From Anaerolineales bacterium (GTDB lineage Bacteria > Chloroflexota > Anaerolineae > Caldilineales > Caldilineaceae), in assembly GCA_034421855.1 (NCBI GenBank), contig DAOUKB010000046.1, positions 726-64,725 of the forward strand: a stretch of DNA of 64,000 nucleotides, given 5' to 3'. Below the pieces are notes generated by a model. That model made no database searches. It had not been told where the DNA came from and saw only the letters and a list, made by a program, of their open reading frames with translations. The translations under genes and the position numbers were made by a program. The first letter of the stretch is position 1, and every line of letters begins with the position of its first letter. This document shows positions 9,346 through 18,878 of this stretch, piece after piece.

Positions 9346-10542
9346 ATGATTCCGGAAAGCCGGGCCGAATCCCTGCTGGAAGGTCTGGTCGGCATTCCTT
9401 CCTGCAGCGGTCAGGAAGCGGCGGCCAGCACCTGGCTGGTTCGGGAAATGGAGACTCTGGGGTACGACCGGGCCTATGTGGACGCGGCGGGCAATGCCAT
9501 AGGCGAATTCGGACCCGCCGACGCCGAGCAATGCATAGTGCTGCTGGGACACATCGACACCGTGCCCGGATGCATTCCGGTAGAACGCAAGGCGACTGCC
9601 GAAGGACCGCGCCTCTACGGACGGGGCACAGTCGACGCCAAGGGACCTTTGGCCAATTTCGTGCTCAGCGGGGCGAACGCCAGTCCGGATTTGCCGCCGG
9701 ACGTGCGCCTGCTGGTAGTAGGGGCGGTCGAAGAGGAAGCCGCCACCTCCAAAGGCGCCCGCGCCGTTCGGGACCGATTCGACGGTGTGACGGCAGCCTG
9801 TCCCCGGTATTGCATCATAGGCGAACCCAGCGGCGCTTTTTCCATCAACCGCGGGTACCGGGGCCGGGTGCTCGTTCGCTTGACCGGCCGCCAACCCACC
9901 GCCCACACGGCGGGGCCCGGTCGTGAGATAGCAGAATGGGCTACCGCCTACTGGCAGTGGCTTCAGGATACGCTGGCCCTCGTGAACCGGGGCAAAGAGC
10001 GGTTGTACGACCAAGCCTCGCCCAGTCTGCGGGAATTCAATACCACCTTATGGAACCACAGCGAAAATCAGGTCGACTGCCTGATCGGCATTCGGTTGCC
10101 CTTGCATTTCCACGTGGACCGGCTAGTGCAGGCCAGCCTCGAATGGCTGGCCCTGCACACAGGCCTGCACCTGCCTGAAACTGTATCCGGCCCGGGTCCC
10201 GACAACCCGCTGGACTTCCCGTTCGACGGCGGTCGGATCAAAGGGCGGATCACCTTCGGCGGCATGGAACCGGCTTGGCTCACGCCCAAGCGCAATCATC
10301 TGTGTCGCAGTCTGCAGGGCGCCATTCGACAGGAAACCGGCCGCCAAGCCCGTTTCTCGGTCAAGACCGGAACCTGCGACATGAACGTGGTAGGACCGGC
10401 CTGGCAGTGCCCTATGGTAGCCTACGGTCCCGGCGATTCTCTGCTGGACCACACCCCCGACGAATCCATTTCGTTGACGGAGTTTCACGCCAGCACGCGA
10501 ATTCTGACGCGGGCACTGCAGACCCTGTACGCTACCTTGTGA
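9346..10542 (+). CDS. M20-family deacylase of the [LysW]-lysine hydrolase / acetylornithine deacetylase type (LysK/ArgE)
   Basis: LVGIPSCSGQE, LLGHIDTVPG, LYGRGTVDAKGP, and a C-terminal GPGDSLLDHTPDE. Confidence 0.8.
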   Translation: MIPESRAESLLEGLVGIPSCSGQEAAASTWLVREMETLGYDRAYVDAAGNAIGEFGPADAEQCIVLLGHIDTVPGCIPVERKATAEGPRLYGRGTVDAKGPLANFVLSGANASPDLPPDVRLLVVGAVEEEAATSKGARAVRDRFDGVTAACPRYCIIGEPSGAFSINRGYRGRVLVRLTGRQPTAHTAGPGREIAEWATAYWQWLQDTLALVNRGKERLYDQASPSLREFNTTLWNHSENQVDCLIGIRLPLHFHVDRLVQASLEWLALHTGLHLPETVSGPGPDNPLDFPFDGGRIKGRITFGGMEPAWLTPKRNHLCRSLQGAIRQETGRQARFSVKTGTCDMNVVGPAWQCPMVAYGPGDSLLDHTPDESISLTEFHASTRILTRALQTLYATL

Positions 10543-10630
10543 TCGAGATCAGTCGGTACGCGCGCCTTCGGGCTTGTGCCTAACGGCCGGCCGCGATCCC
10601 CAAGCCGCGGTGGCGGCTCCCATCCGGCCG

Positions 10631-11422
10631 CTACGGTATTCCCGCCAAGAGTCCGCCGTCCACGGGCAAGCCGATGCCCGTGATGAAGGCCGCCTGCCGG
10701 CTGCACAGGAAAGCCACCGCGGCCCCGAATTCCATCGGATCGCCCAGCCGACCCATAGGTATGGTGGCCGCCCGTCTTGCGTGTGCCTCCTCGACCGTTA
10801 CGCCCGTCTGTGCCGCCTCCTGGCGTGCCAATTCGTTGACCCGGTCGGTCTGAACGACCCCAGGGCAGACTGCGTTCACGGTCACGCCGGTATCCGCGAT
10901 TTCCCGGCTCAAGGTCTTGATGGTCCCGTGCACCCCGGCCCGCATCGCGTTGCTCAGCAGCAGATTTTCCACCGGTTGCCTGGCGCTGATGCTGGTAATC
11001 GCCAACAGTCGGCCCTGATCGCTTTGGCGGAGGTGGGGCAGGGCCGCCCGAAACAACCGTACCGTGGCCTGCAGATTCAATTGAAAAGCCTGTTCCCAGT
11101 CCTCGTTGTCTATGGCGTCGAAGCGACCGCTGGGCGGACCACCGGCATTGGCTATGGCGATGTCCAATGCGCCGAAACGGTCGGCCGCGGCGTGCACGAA
11201 AGCGGCGGGGCCGGCCAGCGTACCCATGTCCATGGGCACGGCCAATACTGCGCGGCCCGTCTCGGCGCGGATCCGGGCGGCGGCCTGTTCCAACCTGTCC
11301 GGATCTCGAGCGCAAATCGCCACGTTGCACCCCTCTGCGGCCAAAGTATAAGCAGACGCGAAGCCGAGGCCTGCACTTGCCGCGGCTACGGCCGCTGTCC
11401 TGCCGGTAAGATGCAGATTCAT
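10631..11422 (-). CDS. Short-chain dehydrogenase/reductase (FabG-like SDR)
   Basis: 263 aa from MNLHLTGRTAAVAAASAGLG (Rossmann TGxxxGxG variant); NAGG; PMGRLGDPMEF; ITG..LPVDGG. The 495-aa ORF-track version is an upstream read-through. Confidence 0.85.
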   Translation of the reverse strand: MNLHLTGRTAAVAAASAGLGFASAYTLAAEGCNVAICARDPDRLEQAAARIRAETGRAVLAVPMDMGTLAGPAAFVHAAADRFGALDIAIANAGGPPSGRFDAIDNEDWEQAFQLNLQATVRLFRAALPHLRQSDQGRLLAITSISARQPVENLLLSNAMRAGVHGTIKTLSREIADTGVTVNAVCPGVVQTDRVNELARQEAAQTGVTVEEAHARRAATIPMGRLGDPMEFGAAVAFLCSRQAAFITGIGLPVDGGLLAGIP

Positions 11423-12303
11423 GGAGTCTCCTTGGGGTTTTCGGTATGTGGATCGGCAAAGCGGCCGCCTCGATGGTCCAACGACGTTCTGTGTCCTGCA
11501 CCCACCGGTTTGCGAGCGCGTATGGCCATCAGCGGCGGAATTTGCGGCATGGAACCGAAATTGAGCGGCTCCAACGGTCCCGGTTTGGGGGCAAAAGCTC
11601 GTTCCTCCAGCCCGTCCACGGTAAAACCGCACGCAAACAGAGCGTTGAAGATAACATGCAGCGGCCGATGAAAGTAGATGTGCGGCTCGGGTTGCACCGC
11701 GATGCCGTACCCCTTGTACGGCTCGACGTCCATATATCCATTGACCTGCAGCACATTGCGGCGCACGGTCTCTTTTTGCTCCGCCACCAAGGTGATGTCC
11801 GCCGAATTGAAGCAGGGGTGCATCAAAGTCATGACCCAGATGCCTCCCGGCCGCAGCACGTCGAATACGTTGCGAAACAACGTGGTAATACAGGCGACAT
11901 CCATCAGCATCATGTTGGCCACCACTGCATCGAACGGCCGCTGCCTCTGTTGGAGTGCGGACCAGTGCGCCGCCGAGGACACGTTCAGCTCCGCTAACTC
12001 CACGCCATGCGCCTGACTGCGGCGCCGCGCGATGTCCAGAAACGCAATACTGCCGTCGGTCGCCACGACGGATGCTCCGGCCTGGGCCAAGCGCCGGGCA
12101 TACAAACCCGCCCCACATCCCAGTTCCAATATGCGTTGCCCCGGACCGGGCTGCACCAGATGATCCGCGGCGGGCTCGACCAACTGCGTATGGAAGTCGT
12201 TGCCGGCGTCTCCCATGTAAGCATCCCAGCAGGCCGCAATGTTGTTCCAGATGCGCAAGGACTCCGCCGTCTGTTCCGGCCAGTCCGTCATGGACGCTTC
12301 CAT
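11419..12303 (-). CDS. Class I SAM-dependent methyltransferase
   Basis: Motif I ILELGCGAGLYARRLA and post-I VVATDGS. Its stop overlaps the SDR start by 4 nt. Confidence 0.8.
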   Translation of the reverse strand: MEASMTDWPEQTAESLRIWNNIAACWDAYMGDAGNDFHTQLVEPAADHLVQPGPGQRILELGCGAGLYARRLAQAGASVVATDGSIAFLDIARRRSQAHGVELAELNVSSAAHWSALQQRQRPFDAVVANMMLMDVACITTLFRNVFDVLRPGGIWVMTLMHPCFNSADITLVAEQKETVRRNVLQVNGYMDVEPYKGYGIAVQPEPHIYFHRPLHVIFNALFACGFTVDGLEERAFAPKPGPLEPLNFGSMPQIPPLMAIRARKPVGAGHRTSLDHRGGRFADPHTENPKETP

Positions 12304-12353
12304 GTCTCGATTCCCTCCAGGTGGTCGTCTCCCGGCGTCAGGCGTACCGCGGC

Positions 12354-12794
12354 TTACATTTCCCGCGCCCGGTTGCCTTCCACCAAATTCTTGAAATTAT
12401 GTAAAGATAAACGAAAGGACCGGGTCTGCCGTCTCCGCAGCAAGGCCATGAGACCGGCGCTGGGTCCATGGTACGTTTCCTTCTCCTGCACCAGACAGCC
12501 CCCCAGCGAGTCTTTGAATTCGAAGACATGCACGGCAGTAAGGCCGGCGGCACGACCCTCCCACACTACCAGATTCCGCGGCGAAACCAACTTGATCTGG
12601 GCGGTTACGGCTACAGGCACCCCAAAGGGGGAGACGGTAATCCGCAAGACAGATCCGTCGGACCAGGCCGGTCCTGCCAGCCAGGTGGCCTCCGAAATCT
12701 GAAGATGCCACTGCGGCCAGGTGGAAACGTCCCGAAACGTCTGCCAAACCGAGTACCGAGCGGCCTGAATCTGAACCTCTGCCCTAACTTCCAT
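12354..12794 (-). CDS. SRPBCC (polyketide cyclase/START-like) family protein
   Basis: 146 aa. The N-terminus V.I.A....VW..F.D...WP.W is typical of the family. AAGGAG lies 4 nt upstream of the ATG. Confidence 0.7.
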   Translation of the reverse strand: MEVRAEVQIQAARYSVWQTFRDVSTWPQWHLQISEATWLAGPAWSDGSVLRITVSPFGVPVAVTAQIKLVSPRNLVVWEGRAAGLTAVHVFEFKDSLGGCLVQEKETYHGPSAGLMALLRRRQTRSFRLSLHNFKNLVEGNRAREM

Positions 12795-13186
12795 GGATCT
12801 CCTTGCCGGGCGCGGCAGTTCTGCGGGCCGACGATATAGAATCTACGCTATGGCGTCCGCCGCGCCGCGAATCGCCACCGTGCAACATGCCGCCCTCCGT
12901 ATTGGGCATACGCGAGCGATGGGAAACACGGCCGGTCATGCGGCAATCCTGCATCTATTGCGGATCTATGTACTACAATGTGTCCAGGTTGCTCCGTTGG
13001 CTGTCGCCTCGGGTCATGAGGAGAGGAAATCAATGCACAGCGGTTCGTGCATGCAGTTTGTTGTGACTCCGCTTTGCGCCGGGGACCTCGCGGTAGGTAC
13101 TGTCCGGGTAGGGAATAGAATAATTCACCAGGCGTGTTTCCGGCGGGTAGTCGCATTGGGTCTGCCCAGTGCCCCATAGGGGCCTG

Positions 13187-14689
13187 ATGTCTAGACAGAG
13201 AAAGCGCTGGCCGCTTTCGGCGCCTCAGGCGGCTCTGGTCCGGGCCTTGATGCAGCAATGCGCCTGTGACTTCTACATGGTAGGCGGATATGTTCGGGAT
13301 GTCCTGATGGGGACGGCACAATGCACCGATTTGGACCTGGTATACGGCCCGGGTGCGTCCCGTCCTTGCCAGGACGTCGCGTGCGGATTGGGCTGGCATA
13401 CTTTCGTCCTGGATGCAGAGCGAGGCCACTGGCGTTTTCTGTGGCGACAGGGGGCAACCCAGACCGAAACAGTGGACATTGCCCCTATGCAGGGAGACGG
13501 CATCGCGCAGGATTTGTCCTTGCGGGACTGTACCGTCAACGCCATGGCCGTGGAAATTGCCGCGACCGACGCGACCGGCGCGATCGGGAGACTCCGGGAT
13601 CCCCAAGGCGGACAAACCGATCTGGCGAACGCCGTCCTGCGCCCGGTTGCCCTGGCCAACCTGCGCGCCGACCCGCTGCGCATGTTGCGCCTGGTCAGGT
13701 TGGCCCATACGCACCGATTGCAGTTGCAGGAGGAAGCCCTGACGTTTCTGAAGACCGCCCATGCCGCCTTGGACGCGGTGAGCGGCGAGCGGATCCGAGA
13801 AGAAGGGTGGCGGCTCCTGCGGCAAGGCCGGTCGCCGTTGTCCCAAGGAATCGGGCTGTTGCATGAGACCAGACTGTACGCGGCGACATTCTTCCAGCCA
13901 AGTCCCCTGCACTCGGACTCTACCGGCAATCCGCTGCGCGGCGAAGCCCGGAGCTTCGTGGACTGCATGGGGGGGTTGGCCGCCGGCGGCGAAGTCGGCG
14001 ATTTTCCCCCTTTGCCCCCGACGACGCTGTCGGCCGACACGCAGTTGCGTCTCGGCCGGGCGGCGAGCCGGCCCTTGGCGGCCGATTACACGCGACGTCA
14101 CTGGTGGGCCCGACTGTCGTTGCTGGCTCTGCCGCTGCTGATGCGCGGAGGCCTCTGGTCGGCCTACAGCCGGTTCCCTGCCGCTCCGCTCCAGGATGTT
14201 CTGCCCGTCTATTGGTCGGCTGTGGAAGGGCATCTCCGCCGCTTGATGTTTTCCCGAGCGGAAGTCAAGCACAGCCTCGGCGTGCTCCGCTGCCTGAGCC
14301 GCCTGCTGGTGGCGTTGCAGACAGGACGCCTCCGTCGCATGCAGCCACGGGCGCTGCATCGATTTATCGTCGACAGCGGCTATACCCACGACGTATCCCG
14401 GGTGATGGACGCTGTGCTGATTTTGAGTCATGCTCTGAACGTGCGCGACGCAGGCAGCGACTGGGCCGCCGGTTATCGGGATTGGCAGACGGCAGCGCTG
14501 ATCATGTTGGAACGGACCGGCTTCCGTAGACCCCGGCCCCTGGTATCGGGCACAGAGTTGCAGAACTGGTTCGGAGTAGCTCCCGGACCCCGCGTGGGGC
14601 ACCTGCTCGGCCGAGTCGTAGAGGCGGAGGCCTGTCGCGAGATCTCCACGCCCCGCGAAGCCAAACGCTATATAGCGGAGCTGCTGTAA
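13187..14689 (+). CDS. cca: CCA-adding enzyme / tRNA nucleotidyltransferase (poly(A) polymerase family)
   Basis: FYMVGGYVRDVLMG..DLDLV (GGxVRD..DxD), RDCTVNAMA, DPLRMLRLVRLA. GTG-13169 is an alternative start. Confidence 0.85.
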   Translation: MSRQRKRWPLSAPQAALVRALMQQCACDFYMVGGYVRDVLMGTAQCTDLDLVYGPGASRPCQDVACGLGWHTFVLDAERGHWRFLWRQGATQTETVDIAPMQGDGIAQDLSLRDCTVNAMAVEIAATDATGAIGRLRDPQGGQTDLANAVLRPVALANLRADPLRMLRLVRLAHTHRLQLQEEALTFLKTAHAALDAVSGERIREEGWRLLRQGRSPLSQGIGLLHETRLYAATFFQPSPLHSDSTGNPLRGEARSFVDCMGGLAAGGEVGDFPPLPPTTLSADTQLRLGRAASRPLAADYTRRHWWARLSLLALPLLMRGGLWSAYSRFPAAPLQDVLPVYWSAVEGHLRRLMFSRAEVKHSLGVLRCLSRLLVALQTGRLRRMQPRALHRFIVDSGYTHDVSRVMDAVLILSHALNVRDAGSDWAAGYRDWQTAALIMLERTGFRRPRPLVSGTELQNWFGVAPGPRVGHLLGRVVEAEACREISTPREAKRYIAELL

Positions 14690-14770
14690 GATTCCCTCTA
14701 TTCTGAATACGCACGCAGCGCGCTGCGCCAGGGCAGCAGACGGTTCTAGCAGGACAATGATCGAAGTCGT

Positions 14771-16057
14771 ATGAGTTTGGCCGTGGTCATCCTCATCGTA
14801 GTGGGCATCGTGATGCTGACTGCCTTTTATGTGGCGGCCGAGATTTCCATCGCCGGTTCGCGTCGCTCCCGCATGCAACAGCTGCAGGAGGAGGGCAATG
14901 CCTTGGCGGGAGCCGTCCTGCACATCGTCGAGAGTCCCAGCCGCCTCAACTCCTATATCGCAACCTGCCAGATCAGCATCACCATCTGCAGCATTGTGCT
15001 GGGATTCGTGGGACAGGGTTGGCTGGCCGGCCGCCTGGAGCCTTGGCTCGTGCGCTGGGGCGCCAGTCCCGCGGCCGCCACTTCCGTCTCGGTAGTAGCG
15101 GTATTGTTGGTGCTCACGCTGGCGCAAGTCTTCTTCGGCGAACTGATTCCGAAGAACGTGGGCATTCGGATCCCGGAAACTTTGGCGATGGGCACGGTCC
15201 GTCCCCTCATGGCGTACTACACGCTCTTTTCTCCCTTCCGGTTTGTCTTCAATTTGGCCAACGAAGCCGTGCTGCGGCTGCTGGGGATGAAGGTCAGCCA
15301 CGAGCACGGACTGGCCCTCACACCGGACGAAATTCGCAGTCTGACCCGCCAAAACCTTAAAGAAGGCGACATGTACCAAGAGGAACAAGAGTGGTTGGAC
15401 AGCACCCTCCGCATCGACGAGATTCTCATCAAGCACATCATGACCCCGCGGCAGAGCACGTTTGCGGCTCCCGCCAGTTTCCAACCGGAGCAATGGACCA
15501 AGATGCTGATCGAATCGCCGTATTCCCGCATGCCGATTTTCGGTCGGGATCTAGACGACCTGCAAGGCACCGTGCATCTGTTGGATCTACTGTGTGAACC
15601 GCATGGGGCAGCGGCCGATCTGGTGCATCCCATGGAGACGTTGGACGAGAACACGCCGGTCCAGGACGCCTTGCGGGTCATGCAGGCGAAGAAAGCCCAT
15701 ATGGTCCGCGTCGCGGACCCAGACGGCCGGACGGTAGGGATAGCCACGCTGGAGGAGATGGTGGAAGCGGTAGTCGGCAGCCTCGAGGACGAATTCGACA
15801 CCGAGCCTCCGCGTTTTTGGATTCAGTCGGAGGATCGCATCGTCTTGGATGCCGCGTTGCCGGCCAGACAGTTGGCACACTTCCTCGACTGGCCGGTCGC
15901 CCGTGTACGCGAGAGTTTGCGGGCCGCGGCCGCCCAGGACGGTCGGCAGGGCGTCCTGCAGGCCGAATCGACAGTCGACGAAAAAGTCGCTACTTGCAGC
16001 GTGCCGTTCGAGTCCAGCATGTTGGAGAGGTTGCAGTGGCTGCAGCGGAAGTCCTAG
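14771..16057 (+). CDS. CNNM/DUF21-CBS membrane protein (TlyC/CorC family, degenerate C-terminal domain)
   Basis: N-terminal DUF21 TM block (..FYVAAEISIAGSRRSR..), a CBS pair (IMTPR.., ..HMVRVADPDGRTVGIATLEEMVEAVVG). Confidence 0.82.
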   Translation: MSLAVVILIVVGIVMLTAFYVAAEISIAGSRRSRMQQLQEEGNALAGAVLHIVESPSRLNSYIATCQISITICSIVLGFVGQGWLAGRLEPWLVRWGASPAAATSVSVVAVLLVLTLAQVFFGELIPKNVGIRIPETLAMGTVRPLMAYYTLFSPFRFVFNLANEAVLRLLGMKVSHEHGLALTPDEIRSLTRQNLKEGDMYQEEQEWLDSTLRIDEILIKHIMTPRQSTFAAPASFQPEQWTKMLIESPYSRMPIFGRDLDDLQGTVHLLDLLCEPHGAAADLVHPMETLDENTPVQDALRVMQAKKAHMVRVADPDGRTVGIATLEEMVEAVVGSLEDEFDTEPPRFWIQSEDRIVLDAALPARQLAHFLDWPVARVRESLRAAAAQDGRQGVLQAESTVDEKVATCSVPFESSMLERLQWLQRKS

Positions 16058-17373
16058 AGGCCGTTCTGCCCTTCGTTCTGATCGCGTTTTTCGTACTGGC
16101 CAACGGCCTGTTCGTCGCGGCGGAATTCTCCATCATTCTGGCTCCGTTGCCCCGCATCGAAAGTCGCCACCGGGAAGGACATAGGCAAGCTCTCTACATC
16201 CTCAAGATCCTGCGCGACACGGAGCGGCGCAACGATTACATCGCCACGGCGCAAATCGGCATTACGGCGGCCAGCCTCGGCCTGGGCATGTACGCCGAGG
16301 AGAAGGTGGCCCATTGGCTGTTGCATTCCTGGGAGGGCACCCTGCCCTTGGCGCACGGCACCATCGAAAGTCTGGCCCTGGTGACGGCCGTGACCAGTCT
16401 GACTTTCCTCCATGTGGTCGTGGGCGAACTGGTGCCCCAATCCATGGCCGTAGAGGTGCCGGTCAGGGTAAGCCTGGCAGTCGCCGGCGTCATGCGGATC
16501 TGCGAGGCCTTACTCCAACCCTTCACCCGTCTGCTGAACAACGCCGGCATTCCTTTTATGCGCATGATGGGGGTTTCCGTCCAGAGCGATACAGGACCTA
16601 CCTATTCCAAAGAAGAGATTCTGATCCTGATCGAAGAAAGCCACGAGCGCGGTCAGATTCCGAAAGAAGAGTTCGTCTATTTGGAAAATATCGGAGATTT
16701 CGGAGAACGCACGGTAGGGCAGGTGATGACGCCGCGTACCCAGATCGTGGGCATGGCCGCGACCTCCACGCTGCCGGAAGTGTGGGAGATCATGCGCACG
16801 CACCGCAAATCCCGACTTGTAGTCTACGCAGAGAATCTGGACAACGTGCAGGGCATTCTCTTTTACAAAACCCTGGCCCGTCTGTCGCAAGCGCCGGCGG
16901 CGCAGGTGAATTGGATCGAGTACCTGCGGCCCCCGTTGGTGGTGCCTTCCACCTTGCCGCTCAACCACATGTTGCGGCAGTTTCGGGCCGGGCGGACTTC
17001 CATCGCCATCGTGCAGGACGAATTTCAAAGCACGGACGGATTGATCACCATGGAAGATCTGTTGGAAGAGATCTTCGGCGAAATTCAAGACGAAACCGAC
17101 AGCGAGGCTCCTCCCTGGGAGGTGTGCGGACCCGGACACCTGAAAGTGCAGGGGAGTCTGCTCCTCGACGAACTGGAACAACATTTCGACCTGCGATTCG
17201 ACACGGACGAAGTGGAAACGGTAGGCGGATTGGTCATGGCCCATCTGGATCGAATTCCCGAGGTGGGCGACGTAGTCGTCTGCAATCAGGTCGAGATCGA
17301 GGTCGCCGGCGTGGAGAACCGCGCGGTCACGACGGCCTACTTGCAATGGCGCGCAGGACCTCGGACTTCTTAG
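16036..17373 (+). CDS. CNNM/DUF21-CBS-CorC_HlyC membrane protein
   Basis: LANGLFVAAEFSII, a CBS pair (VMTPRTQIVG.., SIAIVQDEFQSTDGLITMEDLLEEIFGEI) and a CorC_HlyC tail (TVGGLVMAHLDRIPEVGD). GTG-16036 start is assumed; it overlaps the previous stop by 22 nt. Confidence 0.82.
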   Translation: MAAAEVLEAVLPFVLIAFFVLANGLFVAAEFSIILAPLPRIESRHREGHRQALYILKILRDTERRNDYIATAQIGITAASLGLGMYAEEKVAHWLLHSWEGTLPLAHGTIESLALVTAVTSLTFLHVVVGELVPQSMAVEVPVRVSLAVAGVMRICEALLQPFTRLLNNAGIPFMRMMGVSVQSDTGPTYSKEEILILIEESHERGQIPKEEFVYLENIGDFGERTVGQVMTPRTQIVGMAATSTLPEVWEIMRTHRKSRLVVYAENLDNVQGILFYKTLARLSQAPAAQVNWIEYLRPPLVVPSTLPLNHMLRQFRAGRTSIAIVQDEFQSTDGLITMEDLLEEIFGEIQDETDSEAPPWEVCGPGHLKVQGSLLLDELEQHFDLRFDTDEVETVGGLVMAHLDRIPEVGDVVVCNQVEIEVAGVENRAVTTAYLQWRAGPRTS

Positions 17374-17462
17374 TCTGCAGCGCGTTCCTCTCTTATAATG
17401 ACGCGGCGGATGCCCTGCCCAGCGGCATCTTTGCCCCCGTCCCAATTCCCCTACACAGGCCC

Positions 17463-18866
17463 ATGTCCCCTGAGGAACGAGTACCGCTCCTGTTCAAAGC
17501 CATCTATGGTTCGGGAGAATGGTGCGGCGCCGTTACGGCTACGGCCCGTTCCCTGTTTCTCAACTACTTCCTCGTTACGGTCGTCGGCGTAAACATCAAC
17601 AGCGTGGGGCGCATTCTCTTTGTCGGCCGCGTCTGGGATGCCCTCAACGACCCTATGGTGGGCATGATCTCCGACCGTTTCCATTCCTCCTGGGGCCGCC
17701 GTAGACCCCTGATGCTGGCCGCCGCGCTGCCGTTGGGGCTCAGTTTCGCCGTGTTGTGGTGGCGTCCCGGCAATTTGGAAGGGGCCGGTCTCGTTCTGTA
17801 TTTCCTCGTCGTCAGCATCGTGTTGGACACGGTATTGACGCTCTTCGCCGTACCGCACACCGCGTTGCTGGCGGAACTGACCGACGACTACAACACCCGC
17901 ATCAACTACACCGTCTGGCGCAATGCCTTCTTCATTCTCGGGGCGCTGATCGTCGGCGTCACCTTCAAGCTCTTGGCCGAGGACTTCTTGGGTCAGATGG
18001 GGGAACAATCCGACGTATTGCGCGGCTACATGCTGACGGGCTGGATCTTCGGAGGTTCCCTGCTGATAGCTCCGATCCTGATCGTGGCCGTGGTGAACGA
18101 AAATCCGAATGTACAGAAACCGACCGAGCGCAACCCTTTGCGGCTCTTCCGGCAAGCGTTCAGCAACGGACCCTTCCGCATGCTGTCGGCCGCGTATTTT
18201 CTGGCCTTTTCCGGACTGGAAATTCTGGTGGTGACTTTCGTCTGGTACTTGAATATCGTGTTGGCCGTGCCCTCTCCCTGGGACAACGCGATGATCGGAG
18301 TGCTGCTCAGCGCAGCCTTGATTTCGCTGCCCCTGATCAACGTCTTGGTACGCCGGTGGGGCAAGAAGCGTTCCTACATCATAATCAGCGTGGTCTGGTG
18401 CATTTCCATGCCGGTGCTGGCGGTCTTTCCCGGGGGCAATCTGCCTTGGCTGGTAGTTTTCTTCATATGGCTGGGCACTCTGTACAGCGCCGGCATCACT
18501 ATTCCTTGGACCATGCTGCCGGATGTCCTGGAGTACGACGAATTGAAGACCGGTACGCGCAGCGAAGGGCTTTTTACGGCGTATTTGGTGTTCTTCCGCA
18601 AACTGGGTTCCGCCGTAGTTACGTTGTTGGCCAACTTCGTACTAGGCCGTGCCGGCTTTGAAGAAGGGACGTTTGCGACCCAAATTGCCCAACCGGAATC
18701 CGTGCACCTGGCCATGCGTCTGCTCATTGGGATCGTACCTACCGTCTTGGTCTTGGGTTCCATCGTGTTCATCCGCCGATATCCCATTACGCGCACGTAC
18801 CACGAAGCGCTGAAACGACAACTGCGCACCCAAAACGCAGACGGCCCGCCCCCCGCGCGGACCTGA
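17463..18866 (+). CDS. MFS symporter of the glycoside-pentoside-hexuronide (GPH/MelB-like) type
   Basis: GPH signature GRVWDALNDPMVGMISDRFHSSWGRRRP; about 12 hydrophobic segments. Confidence 0.82.
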   Translation: MSPEERVPLLFKAIYGSGEWCGAVTATARSLFLNYFLVTVVGVNINSVGRILFVGRVWDALNDPMVGMISDRFHSSWGRRRPLMLAAALPLGLSFAVLWWRPGNLEGAGLVLYFLVVSIVLDTVLTLFAVPHTALLAELTDDYNTRINYTVWRNAFFILGALIVGVTFKLLAEDFLGQMGEQSDVLRGYMLTGWIFGGSLLIAPILIVAVVNENPNVQKPTERNPLRLFRQAFSNGPFRMLSAAYFLAFSGLEILVVTFVWYLNIVLAVPSPWDNAMIGVLLSAALISLPLINVLVRRWGKKRSYIIISVVWCISMPVLAVFPGGNLPWLVVFFIWLGTLYSAGITIPWTMLPDVLEYDELKTGTRSEGLFTAYLVFFRKLGSAVVTLLANFVLGRAGFEEGTFATQIAQPESVHLAMRLLIGIVPTVLVLGSIVFIRRYPITRTYHEALKRQLRTQNADGPPPART

Positions 18867-18878
18867 GTCGCCCATGCC

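Noticed and set aside
12848-15493. 881-aa ORF on the minus strand
   Set aside because: It is antisense to cca and the first CNNM gene. The translation is Arg/Gly/Pro/Ala/His/Gln-rich with no motifs. Long stop-free antisense frames are expected in GC-rich DNA, and the sense-strand genes have clear family signatures.
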